Assembly: GCF_044704955.1 (NCBI RefSeq)
Contig: NW_027252668.1
Location: 4,464,001-4,528,000 of the forward strand
Reading direction: 5' to 3'
Source of the DNA: Pristiophorus japonicus
Lineage: Eukaryota
Length of the DNA: 64,000 bases
The notes beneath the pieces are model-generated. The model made no database searches. It was given only the letters and a program-made list of their open reading frames with translations, and was not told the origin of the DNA. Made by a program: the position numbers and the translations under genes. Shown here in pieces: positions 36,271 through 49,850 of the stretch (the stretch's first letter is position 1; every line of letters begins with the position of its first letter).

Positions 36271-38611
36271 TGTGCGGGTGTTTAATCTACAGGTCAGTTT
36301 GATCTGTTTCAATGGTGAAGCAGCATCTGATTCTACTGCTCCATGTAAGATTCACAATGTAACTCTTGTACTGTGGACTACTGTGGGACTGACTGCTTCT
36401 GCTGCCTGTGATAATAGCATTGAGGCCAGTTCTGTGTCTCTGCGCTCTGTGAGTGATAATGTACTTACTGTGTGTGGGAAGGAGCTGCCTGCACTGGTTG
36501 ACAGTCCGTGTATGCCAGCAGTGTGGATTGACACTGTGTCAGTGTCTATCTGTTCCTGTGTTTGTGAGTAAGTGAGTGAAAATGGATCTGTCTCTCAGTG
36601 CGATATGTTTGGACTTTGAAACAACATCTTATTGTACTGCTCCAAATGATTGTGGGATTCATAATGTAACTCTGGAAATTCGGATCACTGTGGGACTGAC
36701 AGCTTCTGCTGCCTATGACAATAGGATTGAGACCAGTTTTGTGTCTCTGCGCTCTGTAAGTGATAATATACTTACTGTGAGTGAGAAGGAGCTGACAGCA
36801 CTGTTCCTTGTGTTCCGGGTGGAGGAAAGATCACATTTATTCAGGCTCAGTGAAGTACTTCTCTCTGAGAATAATAATACGAGAACAATATTGGTTATGA
36901 TATGGACAGGTGAGTGGGAGAATATAAAAAATAAAGTTATAATTAACATGTTTGTTTATAATAAAGTAAAGTATCTGGAGGTGGAAACCGCGATACAAAC
37001 AGTGTCATTGTCTGACCTCACTGCAGTACAGTGGCACTCAGATTCTGCACACCAGGTGTGTAGGACGGTTCTATAGTAAGTTATCAGCATCCAGACACAA
37101 CCCAAACCCAGCACTGGTCCATGAATAGGACCACCCGATTCGAACAGTCCAGGTTTATATCTCTTACTCCCATGGGACTACTTGTAAAATTCTGAATCTT
37201 TTCCTGGAATATAACTATAATACCTGGGCTGTACAACAATTGTTTTCAGTCTATTGAAACTGAGTTGAGGGCCTGTGTAGTTAACAGAATGTCACAGAGC
37301 CCAGATCCTGATGCATCTGAGGCAGCGACAGTCTCTCGATCACCAGCAACACGGTTCTGGACAACTCAATGCACCAAAACAAAATAACCGATGCTTGAAA
37401 TGTCTTCTCCCACACTCCTCACCTGGTGCCTGCAATAGATGCACTTTGTGAAACGCCTCACATCCTCACCGTCAGGCTGTGTTTCCACTGTTCACTGTTC
37501 AACAACAACAGATACGGTGAGATTGGAACTGAATCAGGAACATTCACTACTGATTTGGGGAAAGAAAGCAGCAATGATTTGAAAGAGCGAGGTGATTTAC
37601 TTTCACTGTTACCTCACGCTGTATACACAACTATTTTAGGAAAACAATAAATCAAGTGCGCCCTTATTAAAGGGACATTAAAACAGACAAATTAAACTTT
37701 GGCATTAAATGGATCAAATTAAAATTTGGTTCCCGGGGATGATGATGCACTCCAGTCCCTCTGGCGTCCATCTCTCACAGAAGGCCACGAGCGTACCGGT
37801 GAACACTGCGTGCTCCATCTCCAGTGACAACCATGGCTCGAACGTAACCGTGGAAGAGAGGCAGGCAGTCGGGCTGAACACCCTCTCGACCGCCCGCTGC
37901 CTGGACCGGTTAATGGCCACCTTGGCCATGCCCAGAATCAGCCCTATGAGGCGGCCTTCCGATCTGCCCGCTCTCCTCCGCACAGGGGGCCCAAAGATCA
38001 GGAGCGGGGGACTGAAGTGCAAACGATTAACGAGTGTCATCCTTATGCAGGAGCCATCAAGCAAACTCTACCAAGTAACGTTCATTGGTTCATGTGCAAC
38101 GGCCTGCGGAGAACCATGAGATGCTACTGTAAGTACTGCTTACAACCAGAGTCATCAGAGGACCATTTTATCCTCAAGTGGAAAGTAAGAGACTGTCCAC
38201 ACACAGCCCGAGAATGACGTCTCCCTTCCCCCACTCACTCCATGTTCCGGAACTAGTTCCTGCTCCACTCTGCCTCTAACAAACAAACAGCCCCCGATGG
38301 AACTAAACCAGGAACGTTCGCTCCTGGTTAGGAGAGAGAAAGCAGCAATGATTGTAAACAGCAGATTCTGCCCATTCTGTTTCCCTTCCCCCTGGACACA
38401 CACTGTCCACACACAGCCCAAGAATGGCCTCTCCCTCCCCCCCACTCACACCACGCACTGACACTGGTTCTTGCTTCACTCCGCCCCTTTCACACAGCCC
38501 CCGACTCCCCCTCAACTCCCCCCGGACTCAGTGCCGCTCTCTGAGCCCATCTGCGGACACGCTCCCAAAGCGCTGCGCTGCTGTAAGGAGGCTACTGCTC
38601 GCTGCCTTACC

Positions 38612-38820
38612 CCGGGGCCGCGGGTTCTCCATTCCCGGCTGTTTGAAACCATCTTCTTCCGCTCACTGAGTGAATGGCGATCACAGGCAGGACTGGGGGA
38701 GGGGAGGGCGCATGCGCTCTTCTGCTCACTGGGAATCGACACAGGGGGCGGGGCTGCGTCGCGCATGCGCAGCTCTCTGCAATAATTCAGCCTGTAAAAA
38801 TCAAAGTGCACCTTCCCAAT
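38612..38820 (-). promoter_or_regulatory. Candidate CpG-rich promoter and first exon, copy B
   Basis: GCGCATGCGC twice (about 38708 and 38761, NRF1 consensus), GGGGCGGGGC Sp1 box about 38745, GCGGAAGAAGATGG, donor GGG/GTAAGG. Confidence 0.55.
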
Positions 38821-39074
38821 TTACTTTTATCAGAATCTGACAAAGGAACTGGGCCTGGGGGGAAAGGACAGAGAATGATTAAAGCTGGGAGCCTTGTCCC
38901 TCGGAGATGCTCAATTTGGGATCATTCTTTGCAGGGTTTTTCTCTCCACATGAGCCCGTCTTCGCAAAGCAATCCTGCAGAAACATCGGAGGGACGAGGG
39001 TGTGGGAGTGTTTGCTGGGACCGTGCAGGAGTTAATATCTGACAGAAAGAGTCCGAGATTAGTTTAAACACTCT

Positions 39075-40873
39075 CACTGTGAGTAATATCGAAGTACACA
39101 ATCAAGAGGTTATAGGTAGGGAGGAACTTATTACAATCACTGTCACTAATGAAGTAGTACTCGGTAAAATAATGGGACTAAAGCCGGACAAGTCCCCTGG
39201 ACCTGATGGCTTACATCCTGTGGTCTTAAGAAATGTGGCTGTAGAGATAGTGGATGCATTGTTTGTAATCTACCAAAATTCCCTGGATTCTGGGGAGGTC
39301 CCAGCAGATTGGAAAATTGCAAATGTTTAAAAAAGGAGGCAAACAAAAAGCAGGAAACTATAGACCAGTTAGCCGAACATCTGTTGTTGTGAAAATGCTG
39401 GAGTCCATTATTAAGGAAGCAGTAGCAGGACATTTGGAAAAGCATGATTCAATCAAACAGAGTCAGCATGGTTTTATGAAAGGGAAATCATGTTTGACAA
39501 ATTTTCTGCAGGTCTTTGAGGATGCAATAAGCACGGTAGATAAGGGGCAACCTGTGGATGTGGTGTATTTGGATTTCCAGCAGGCATTCGATAAGGTGCC
39601 ACTTAAGAGGTTACTGCACAAGATAAAATCTCATGGGATTGGGAGCAATATATTAGTATGGATAGAGAATTGGCTAACTAACAGCAAACAGAGAGTCAGG
39701 ATAAATGGGTCATTTTATGGTTGGCAAACAGTGATGAGTTGGGTGCCACAGGGATCGGTGCTGGGTCCTCAACTATTTACAATCTATATTAATGACTTGG
39801 ATGAAGGGGCCAAATTTAATTTAGCCAAGTTTGCTGATGATACAAAGATGGGTGGGAAAGCAAATTGTGATGAGGACACAGTAGATATGCAAAGGGATGT
39901 CGGCAGGCTAAGTGAGTGTGCAAACATTTGGCAGATAAGAACATAAGAACATAAGAAATAGGAGCAGGAGTAGGCCATATGGCCCCTCGAGCCTGCTCCA
40001 CCATTTAATACAATCATGGCTGATCCGATCATAGACTCAGGTCCACCTCCAGATGGAGTATAATGTGGGAAAATTAGAGGTTATCCATTTTGGCAGAAAT
40101 AATAGAAAAGAAAATTATAATTTAAATGGAGAAAAATTGCAATGTGCAGCAGTAGAGAGAGCCCTGGGGGTCCTTGTACATGAAACACAAAAAGTTTGCA
40201 TGCAGGTACAGCAAGTAATCAGGAAGTCAAATGGAATGTCGTCCTTTATTGCAAGAAGGATAGAGTCTAAAAGCAGAGAAGTCCTGCTGTACAGGGTATT
40301 GGTAATGCCACACCTGGAGTACCGTGTACAGTTTTGGTCTACGTATTTAAGGAAGGATATACTTACATTGGAGGCTATTCAGAGAAGGTTCACTCGGTTG
40401 ATTCCGGAGATGAGGGAGTTGAGTTATGAGGATACGTTTGAGTAGGTTGGATCTGTACACATTGGAGATCAGAAGAATGAGAGGTGATCTTATTGAAACT
40501 TATAAAATAATAAGGGGGCTTGACAAGGTGGATGCAGAGAGGATATTTCCACATGGGGCAACTAAAACTAGATTACATAGTCTTAAAATAAGGGGCCGCC
40601 CATTTAAAATTGGGTTGAAGAGGAATTTCTTCTCTCAGAGGGTTATAGATCTATGGAATTATCTGCCCCAGACAACTGTGAAGGCTGTGTCATTGAATAT
40701 ATTTAAGGCAGAGATAGACAGATTTTTGATTGATAAGGGAGTAAATGGTTATGGGGAGGACGCAGGGAAGTGGAGCTGAGTCCATGATCAGATCAGCCGT
40801 GATCTTATTGAATGACAGAGCAGGCTCGAGGAGCTAAATGGCCTACTCCTGTTCCGATTTGTTATGTTCTTAT
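39075..40873 (+). mobile_element. CR1 fragment with a nested antisense CR1 3' tip (39937-40049)
   Basis: RT ORFs 39317-39946, 40053-40445, 40426-40779; nested tip flanked by CAGAT direct repeats. Confidence 0.9.
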
Positions 40874-42432
40874 GGCCCTGGGTTGCACGATTGCAGATAG
40901 TTCAATAGGCAAGCGAGTGATAAATGTGGGACATTGTTTCTCTCACTCTCTGACACTGTCCCGCAGTGTGGGATTAATAATGTTTCTGTCTCTGGTACAA
41001 TATCAGTGAGACAGGAGACTGCATCTTCTGTCTCTCCAATGGGAACTTTCAGAATAAAACGGGACTTCACAGGTCAGTCTGGAACTGATACTGTGCATGT
41101 TTTCTGTGTCTCACCGCCCTACCTCGCACTCTCCTGTCTCTCGCTCAGCCCTCTCCCCTCTCTCTGCCTCTCTGTTGCTATCCCTCTCTCTTGTACTTTT
41201 TGTGAAGGCGGGATACTGTTATTTAGCGTGATGTGGAAACAGTGTTGGAAGTGCAAGACTGATAATGTCTCTGTTTCTCTCTGGTGCAATACGTGAAGGT
41301 GTGGCACTGTTACTGAGCGTATTATGTAAACACTGATACAAAGTGTAAAACTGATACTGTATCTGTCTCTGTGTCTTTTCCGCTGGTGCTGTACATTAAT
41401 GTGTGATAATATTATTGAAAGTAATATGGAGACACAGTTCGGTAGTTTAAGATTGATACTGTGTCTGTCTCTCTGTCACTCTCTCTGATAGCCATCTCTG
41501 GGTGTTGAGTATGGGATGGATAGGCACCAGTTACTGATATATGTCCCTCATTTTCTGAGGAGAGAGAGACAAAGAGAGGCTGCAGGGGCGGTGAGCTCAT
41601 AATTTATATTTTCATGTTAGTCAAACATATTTCTGCATTAGAACAATAACAACTTAAAAGCAGATATGGGTTAAGCCAGCCACAGCTATGATTGGCTCCT
41701 GCCCCTGAATCTGGGAACAGACACTGTGAGGAGCGCCGGCCTCAGAGTGTTTAACACTTCCTGAGCTGGGAAACTACAACTGACCCGAGAATCGGCAGCA
41801 CAGCCGAGCGGAGAGGAAAGCCTGTGCTGGGAACTGTAAATCTGGGAACAGTTTGTGCTGTGAATGTGCAGATTTCAACATTGTGTGAGCGAGAGTGTGT
41901 TGAAGGAGCGGGCGGGTTAGACAAATGTCACTGTGTTTGTGTGTCCGCTCTCATCGCCGGATTTCAGAGTCCCTCTTGTGTAAAATTCAAAGATTTCCCC
42001 GTCACAGGATCGCCCTGCTGCCCTGCTCAGGTCTGAAGTGGGAATGAATCAGAAAGTTTGATTTGGTTTCAAATTTCAGTCAAAAACAGAGAAAATATCC
42101 GCGATCGGCTGAGAGAGCGCGACCAGTGCAGCAATGAAACGGGTTTAAATCGAAATTGCTGCCTTCAATTCGGATGGAACTTTCTCGGCAGCAAACATTC
42201 CGGTCTTCGGGACAGAAAGAGGCCAGTCTGGGAATGTGGAGGGCCCGAGTTGAATTGGAATCGGAGAGTGAGTGAGGAGAGAGAAACACACAGAGGCTGG
42301 AGGGGCCGGGAGCTGACAGCAGGATGTCTCCTCCTCGTCCGCTCGCTGCCTTTACGTTGCTCTGTGTCGCCGCTTCTCGTTTCATTTCTGACCCAGCTCT
42401 GACTGTCAGAGAGATTTTCCAGAGTCTCGGAC

Positions 42433-43201
42433 ATGACTGATACTGCAGCCGCCGAAACGGCTCCTCCTGCTGCCGTCGCTCAAACCAAGGCTCCCAGCAA
42501 GAAGAAGAAGGCGGCTCCCCGCTCCGGGCCAGCCGGTCCCAGGTTGGGCGACCAGATCCTCAAGGTTGTGGCTGATGGCAAGGATCGCAGGGGAATGTCC
42601 CTGGCCGCGATAAAGAAGGCTCTGGCGGCCAAAGGCGTCGATGTGGAGAAGCGCGGCTTCCAGATCAGGTCCAGTATCAAGAAGAATGTGATGAATGGCT
42701 CCCTGAAGCAGATCAAGGGCACGGGCGCCTCGGGCTCATTCAAAATCGCTAATACAGATCCCCAGGGGAAAGTGGGAAAGAAGGTGAAGAAGCCAGCAGC
42801 CAAGAAATCTCCAGCAAAGAAAGCAGCAGCCAAGAAATCTCCAGCAAAGAAAGCAGCAGCCAAGAAATCTCCAGCAAAGAAAGCAACAGCCAAGAAATCT
42901 CCAGCAAAGAAAGCAGCAGCCAAGAAATCTCCAGCAAAGAAAGCAGCAGCCAAGAAATCTCCAGCAAAGAAAGCAACAGCCAAGAAATCTCCAGCAAAGA
43001 AAGCAGCAGCCAAGAAAACGAGCACCAAGAAGGCGCTAACGACAAAAAAGACAGCGAAAGGGCCGGCTGGGAAGAAGGCGGCGGCGAAGAAGCCCAAGAG
43101 CCTCAAGAAAGTGAAGGCGGCCAAAAAAGGTGGAGAACCCGAGGGTCAAGGCAACGTTCAAATCAGCAAAAGCCAAGAAAGCAGCGCCCAAAAAAAAATA
43201 A
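42433..43201 (+). CDS. H1: Histone H1 (copy B) with +1 frameshift in A-run 43123-43128; corrected frame ends PKKK* at 43201
   Basis: [13 protein letters not shown]..., globular domain, seven [10 protein letters not shown] repeats; H1 box AAACACA about 42284; stem-loop 43232-43247. Copy A has A5 at the same site. Confidence 0.88.
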
Positions 43202-44118
43202 AAAGGCAACTTCTAAACATTTCAACCCAAAGGCTCTTCTCAGAGCCACCCACGCCTCTCAGAAAAGAGCTGATCCCGGAATCAAATAATCCCTGTCCCG
43301 GGCTCAGATTCCAGATAGAAATCATTGAAAATGACCCCGGGATCCCTGGTGACTCGTTGGCATTGGCTGCACCCCACCGCGCCCCCAGTGTCTGCACCCA
43401 CCCCTCGCCCAGTGTCTGCACCCACCCCTCCCCCAGTGTCGGCACCCACCCCTCCCCCAGTGCCTACAATAAAACACAGAGAATGGGATGTCCGGCCGGC
43501 CTCACTGTAACTGGGATTTGAGTCCGGCTCCAGTCTCAGTTCCTGGTCATTGTCATTTCACAGATTCAGGGGGAAGAGTCTCTGTGAGACGATGGGACTG
43601 GCGGCGATATCTCGCCTCACAACTCAAACCCCAAACTCCAGATTCTCCAAATCAGCTGGAATAAGGTGTTTGTAAATTGCTGAACAGGTCTGTGAGAGGA
43701 GATGGAATAAGGTCTGAGATTGACAGGGAACGGACTATATAGGCAGGAATATTCCTGATTGTTAATTGTACCAGGACCTTATTTAAAAGCTTCTGGTCCC
43801 TGGAAGCCTTGAATATGTATTCCGAGTCTGTAAGGGTTTGTGCGGAGCGCTGTGTATCGGTTGTATTGTGGAGAAAACAATTTGAAATTGGCAGTTGCAG
43901 AAAGCTGGAGGTGGAGCTGGAAGATCAGAGGCGGCGCTCTGCTCTGTCTCTCAATCTTGATTCTGTCTCCTTCCCTGCCGCGCTCTCTGTTCAATCTCTC
44001 ACTCTGTCTCCTCCCCTTCCCGCCTCTCTCACTCTGCGCTTTCTCAGTCAGGTCGGGGCCGGCTGGAGAAAAATGAGCCAGGAGCAGTTGCTTCCTCATT
44101 CAGCGACAGTTTGAGTGA

Positions 44119-44896
<778 letters not shown>

Positions 44897-45646
44897 ACTC
44901 CCCCTGCCCGGGCTCCAAGCTTTCGCACCAAGTGCAACAACGGCTCTTTTCAGAGCCACCAAATGAGCAAAGGAACGAGCTGCGACCGGCTCCACGCAAA
45001 CTGTCCTGTGTACACATCGTGCACGTCTTGTGTTACTATAACTGGGGCTTTATACAGTGCAGGCGGTGATTATCTGGCTTTGATCCAGGTATCAATGCGA
45101 GTCAGATGCCCAGTATACCGACTGCACCCGCCCAATATGGGTCGCTAACTAAGATCTGATCGTGAATTGATCCCACTGCACAGACCGGAATAGATTCCAG
45201 AGAGGGGACGAGCTGCCTGTAATCTGTATCTCACCTTTAACCCAGCTCTTAATGTGGGCACAGGTCGGATACTATTTGTAATATTTTAAATTAGCCATGA
45301 GCGGGAATTCCATCCTTCTGTACGCAAATTTTAAAAAAGGGTAAAATTCCTCATTGATCAATGTGTTCAGAATGTATATATTTCTCCCTGTGGAATTATT
45401 GCCCCTATAAAAGTCAGTGAGCTCATCAACCGCTCATTCCTTTCTACTCGGCTCTTATCATCCGGTTCATATTCGGCTGTCCCAACATGTTCAATAACTG
45501 GCGGTCTGACGTTCAGCTTACGTCTGTTTTGTATTAAATTAGATCAGGGACAATTGTGATCCATAGAACAGAAAGCAGCCCTTTCACAGACAATGTGGGT
45601 GGCTCTGAAAAGAGCCTTTGGGTTATTAGATTAAATCCTGTCCGCT

Positions 45647-46213
<567 letters not shown>

Positions 46214-47048
46214 TTACTGTCTTCAACAGTCAGAATATCGATTTTTAATTCAAAAACCCCGCCAAGAAATTTTAAAATAGCGGCTTATGTGAATATAAAT
46301 TCACCATTAGTCAAAGTTTTCCCAACACGTTTTAATTAATTTTGTCTTTTACATATTCCCCTTGCAAGTTCCAGGCTGTTACAATCAGGATTAAATTCGG
46401 GTACTATTTCAAACTGTCTAATGGGCGGGAATCAATCTCCACCGATTCTGTAACGGGACACATTCCAACTCAATCTTTGTAAAAGTTGGGTTTCACAGAT
46501 TATCGATCGATTCCCCGCAAAGGCGGGAGTGAGCCCTTCTGTGAAAAAAGAGGGACAGAGTGTTCAAACTGCCCCGGTTCTGGTCTCTGTAAGAACTCCC
46601 ATTCTGGGTTGTTACACTTCGGGGAGTCTCGGGTTAATAAACGGACTGACCCGCAACAGGAATTGAAAAATAAACTTGAAAAGGGCATGCGAGAGAGAAT
46701 GTGTGACTGGAATCTGAGTCTCAGCCCCTAAACAAGCTCTTAATTCGGCAGACGGTGTAAATGAACATGTCTGAGCAAAGGGAAACAGCGACCAGGGACC
46801 GTATTTGTAGTTGGCGGAAAATTCCAGCGACGCTAAGGTGGAACCGGACAGTGAAACTGATATCTGAGAATTCAAAACTAAATCTAGCTGGAAGTGTAAA
46901 CATTTTTAAATATACTTGTTCAGGAAATAATTACAGTAAACAGAGTGTAAAGGGAGATGCGTTTGTGCAGCACTTTCAGAGAGGCTGTGGGTGGCTCTTA
47001 AAAGAGCCGTTGTGTTTGGGGTTTGATCTGTCAGGACAGCGGGCAGTC

Positions 47049-47426
47049 TCACTTAGAGCTGGTGTACTTGGTCACCGCCTTTGTCCCTTCCGACACGGCG
47101 TGCTTGGCCAGCTCCCCGGGCAGCAGCAGGCGCACGGCGGTCTGGATCTCCCGGGAACTGATGGTGCGGCGCTTGTTGTAATGGGCCAGGCGGGAAGCCT
47201 CACCCGCGATGCGCTCGAAAATATCGCTCACAAACGAGTTCATGATGCCCATGGCCTTGGAGGAGATGCCGGTGTCGGGGTGAACCTGCTTCATCACTTT
47301 GTAGATGTAGATGGCGTAACTTTCCTTCCTCGACTTTCTGCGCCTCTTGCCGCTCTTCGCTGGGGTTTTCTTGATTACTTTCTTGGCGCCTTTCTTGGCG
47401 GGACCTGTTTTCTTTTCGTCAGCCAT
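47049..47426 (-). CDS. H2B: Histone H2B
   Basis: [11 protein letters not shown]...[10 protein letters not shown]; stem-loop 46993-47008. Confidence 0.98.
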   Translation of the reverse strand: MADEKKTGPAKKGAKKVIKKTPAKSGKRRRKSRKESYAIYIYKVMKQVHPDTGISSKAMGIMNSFVSDIFERIAGEASRLAHYNKRRTISSREIQTAVRLLLPGELAKHAVSEGTKAVTKYTSSK

Positions 47427-47469
47427 CGACTCGTTCAGTCAGGCGCAGATTTGGGGAAACTCTGCTCCG

Positions 47470-47610
47470 AGCCCGTATTATATCGGCAGCCCCACACTCC
47501 GCCCACAGCCCTATGCTAATGAGGGATGGGCGAAGGCAATGGTTGTTATTGGCTTGTCAATATCCATTGTTCTGTATCTCTCTGATTGGATGTTTAAAGA
47601 GACCAATCAG
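47470..47610 (-). promoter_or_regulatory. H2B promoter
   Basis: TATA-like ATATAATA about 47476-47483, octamer variant ATTAGCAT 47513-47520, three CCAAT boxes 47548-47607. Confidence 0.8.
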
Positions 47611-47928
47611 ATTTGTTGCTCGCCACAATCTCAAATTCTTGAATGAGGTCATCAGTTGCAACACCTCCTGATTTGTACTCTGTTCTTTTTGTGTTTCTGT
47701 TCTGCTTTCAAGCAAAAATCTTACGAAGAAGGTTCATGCATTTTTTCCTATCATATATATATTTTAGAATCTGAACAGCAAACTCGCTGCTCTGTTTGCC
47801 GATCTCGATTTCTACATGTTCAACAGACATTGACCGCTTTCTACCCGAGATTGACTGAGGGTGACTTCTGGTCAGGAAACTCCCAGTTTATCAACCGTCG
47901 GGATTTAATATTAAGTAGAAAAATACTG

Positions 47929-48347
47929 ACTTGGATTTATATAGCGCCTTTCATGACCTGCTTCACATCCAATGAAATACTTTTTGAAGAGTAGGCACTG
48001 ATGTAATGTAACGCGGCAGCCAATTTGGGAACAGCAAGCTCCCACAAACAGCAACATGATAATGGTCAAATGATCTGTTGTGTTGTGTTGATCGAGGGAT
48101 AAATATTGCCCAAGACACGCGATAACTCCCCATATTGTTACGAGATGTTTTGCGTCCAGCTGAGAGAGCAGACGGTGGCTCGGTTTAACGTCTTATCCGA
48201 TCGATGTCACCTCCGACAATGTAGCGCTCCCTCAACACTGCACTGGAGTTTCAGCCTAGATTTTTCTGCTCAAGACCCTGGAGTGAGACTTGAACCCACA
48301 ACTTTCTGACTCAAAAGTGAGGGTGCTCCCAACTGAAGCACAGCTGA
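47929..48347 (-). mobile_element. tRNA-derived DeuSINE (SacSINE1-like)
   Basis: Minus strand tRNA-like head with GGTTCAAGTC B box; Deu-domain-like AATATTTATCCCTC...TTGCTGTTTGTGGGAGCTTGCTG...AAATTGGCTGCC; tail AAAGGCGCTATATAAAT. Recognised from memory of the consensus. Confidence 0.78.
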
Positions 48348-48384
48348 TAAGATTGTGATCAATAGATCAGTTTCTTCAGACAGT

Positions 48385-48525
48385 AACCAGCCCTTTCACA
48401 GATAGAGTGGGTGGCTCTGAAAAGAACCAACGTGGTATTAGATTAAATCTTGTCCACTTTCCTTGTTCTTGCTGAACCCAGCCTTGGATTTCTTTGTCAG
48501 AAGCACTGCCTGGATATTGGGCAGT
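48385..48525 (-). pseudogene. H2A: 3' remnant of a third, divergent H2A gene
   Basis: [21 protein letters not shown], stop mutated to GAA, stem-loop GGTTCTTTTCAGAGCC at 48413-48428, UTR similar to the other H2A genes. Confidence 0.82.
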
Positions 48526-48589
48526 TCAGCCATGTTCCTATTAAATTGTGGAGCAGGCTCCAGAGTCCTTTTGGCCTTCTCCTATTTCT

Positions 48590-49850
48590 TATAGCTGTCA
48601 GTCGCTGATATGTGAGTGTTGTTTTTTTACCTCAGTTACTGGCAGGCGAATTTGGGTCTTATTATACACCTGTCAAATTCTGGTATGTGATTATCATTCT
48701 GTTTCTGTCTGTCTCTGTGATATGTGTGTGGGTTTATTCTGCACTTTGTCAGTTTCTGTATGGGAGTGCGTGTTTTATTCTCTACCGGGCAGCCTCTGGT
48801 ATGATAGTGTGGGATTTCATCTGTACCTGTCCATCTGTGGCTGGTATCTGAGTGGGGTTTAATCTGTAATTTCTGGTATGTGAGTGTTGGGTATAATCTG
48901 TACCTGTCATTTCTGGTATTTGATTGTGGGGTTTAATCTGTACCTGTCAGTTTTTGATATCTGACTGGAGTTTAATCTGTACCTATCTGTTTCTGGTATG
49001 TGAGTTGTGTGTTTTATTCTGTACTTGTCAATTTCTGGTATGCAAGTGTTGGATTTATTTTATACCCATCAGTCTCTAGTATGCGAGTGTGGAGTTTAAT
49101 CTGCATCTGTCTGATTCTGGTTTGTGAGAGTTGGGTTTCATCTGTACCTGGCAGGTTCTGATATGTAAGTGTGGGGTTTATTCTGTACCTTTCTGCCTGA
49201 GTATGTGAGTGTAATGTTTATTCTGTACCTGTCAGTGAGTGTGGGGGATATTCGGTACCTCTGTTTCAGGTGTGTGAGTGTTAGATTTAGTCTGTACCTG
49301 GTTGTTTCTGGTATACAAATGTTGTGTTAAATCTGTACCCATCAGTTTCCACTTTGTGAGTGTGGGGTTATTCTGTAGCTGTCTGTCTCTGGTATATGAG
49401 TGTGGGATTTAATCTGTACCTGTCATTTCTGGTATGTGAGTGTGGGTTTAAACTGTAGCTGTCATTTCTCGTATGCGAGTGTGGGTTTAATCAAAATCTG
49501 TACCTGTCAGATTCTGGTGTGTGAATATGGGTTTTATTCTGTATCTATCATTTTCTGGTATGTGAGGGTGGGCTTTTCTCTATTTTTCTGGCCTTGGTAT
49601 GTGAGGATGGGATTTCATCTGTACCTGCCAATCTGTGGCTGGTATATGAGAGTGGAGTATAATCTGTACCTGTCACTTTCAGGGATGTGAGAGTGGGATT
49701 TAATCTGCACCTGTCATTTCTGGTGAGTGTTGGGTATAATCTGTACCTGTAGGATTTCCTCGCTTTCTGTCAACTTCTGCTACAAAGTTTTTACCCTGAA
49801 TTTTTCAGTTTCTGGGAGGGGAATGCGGGTTTCACTTTGTACCGGTCAGC
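48590..49850. repeat. Degenerate about 41-bp satellite
   Basis: Same family as earlier arrays. Confidence 0.85.

Noticed and set aside
46761-47519. 252-aa plus-strand ORF and similar antisense ORFs over histone genes
   Set aside because: Antisense shadows of GC-rich histone coding sequence.
48270-48347. tRNA-like sequence
   Set aside because: It is the decayed head of the SINE, not a tRNA gene.
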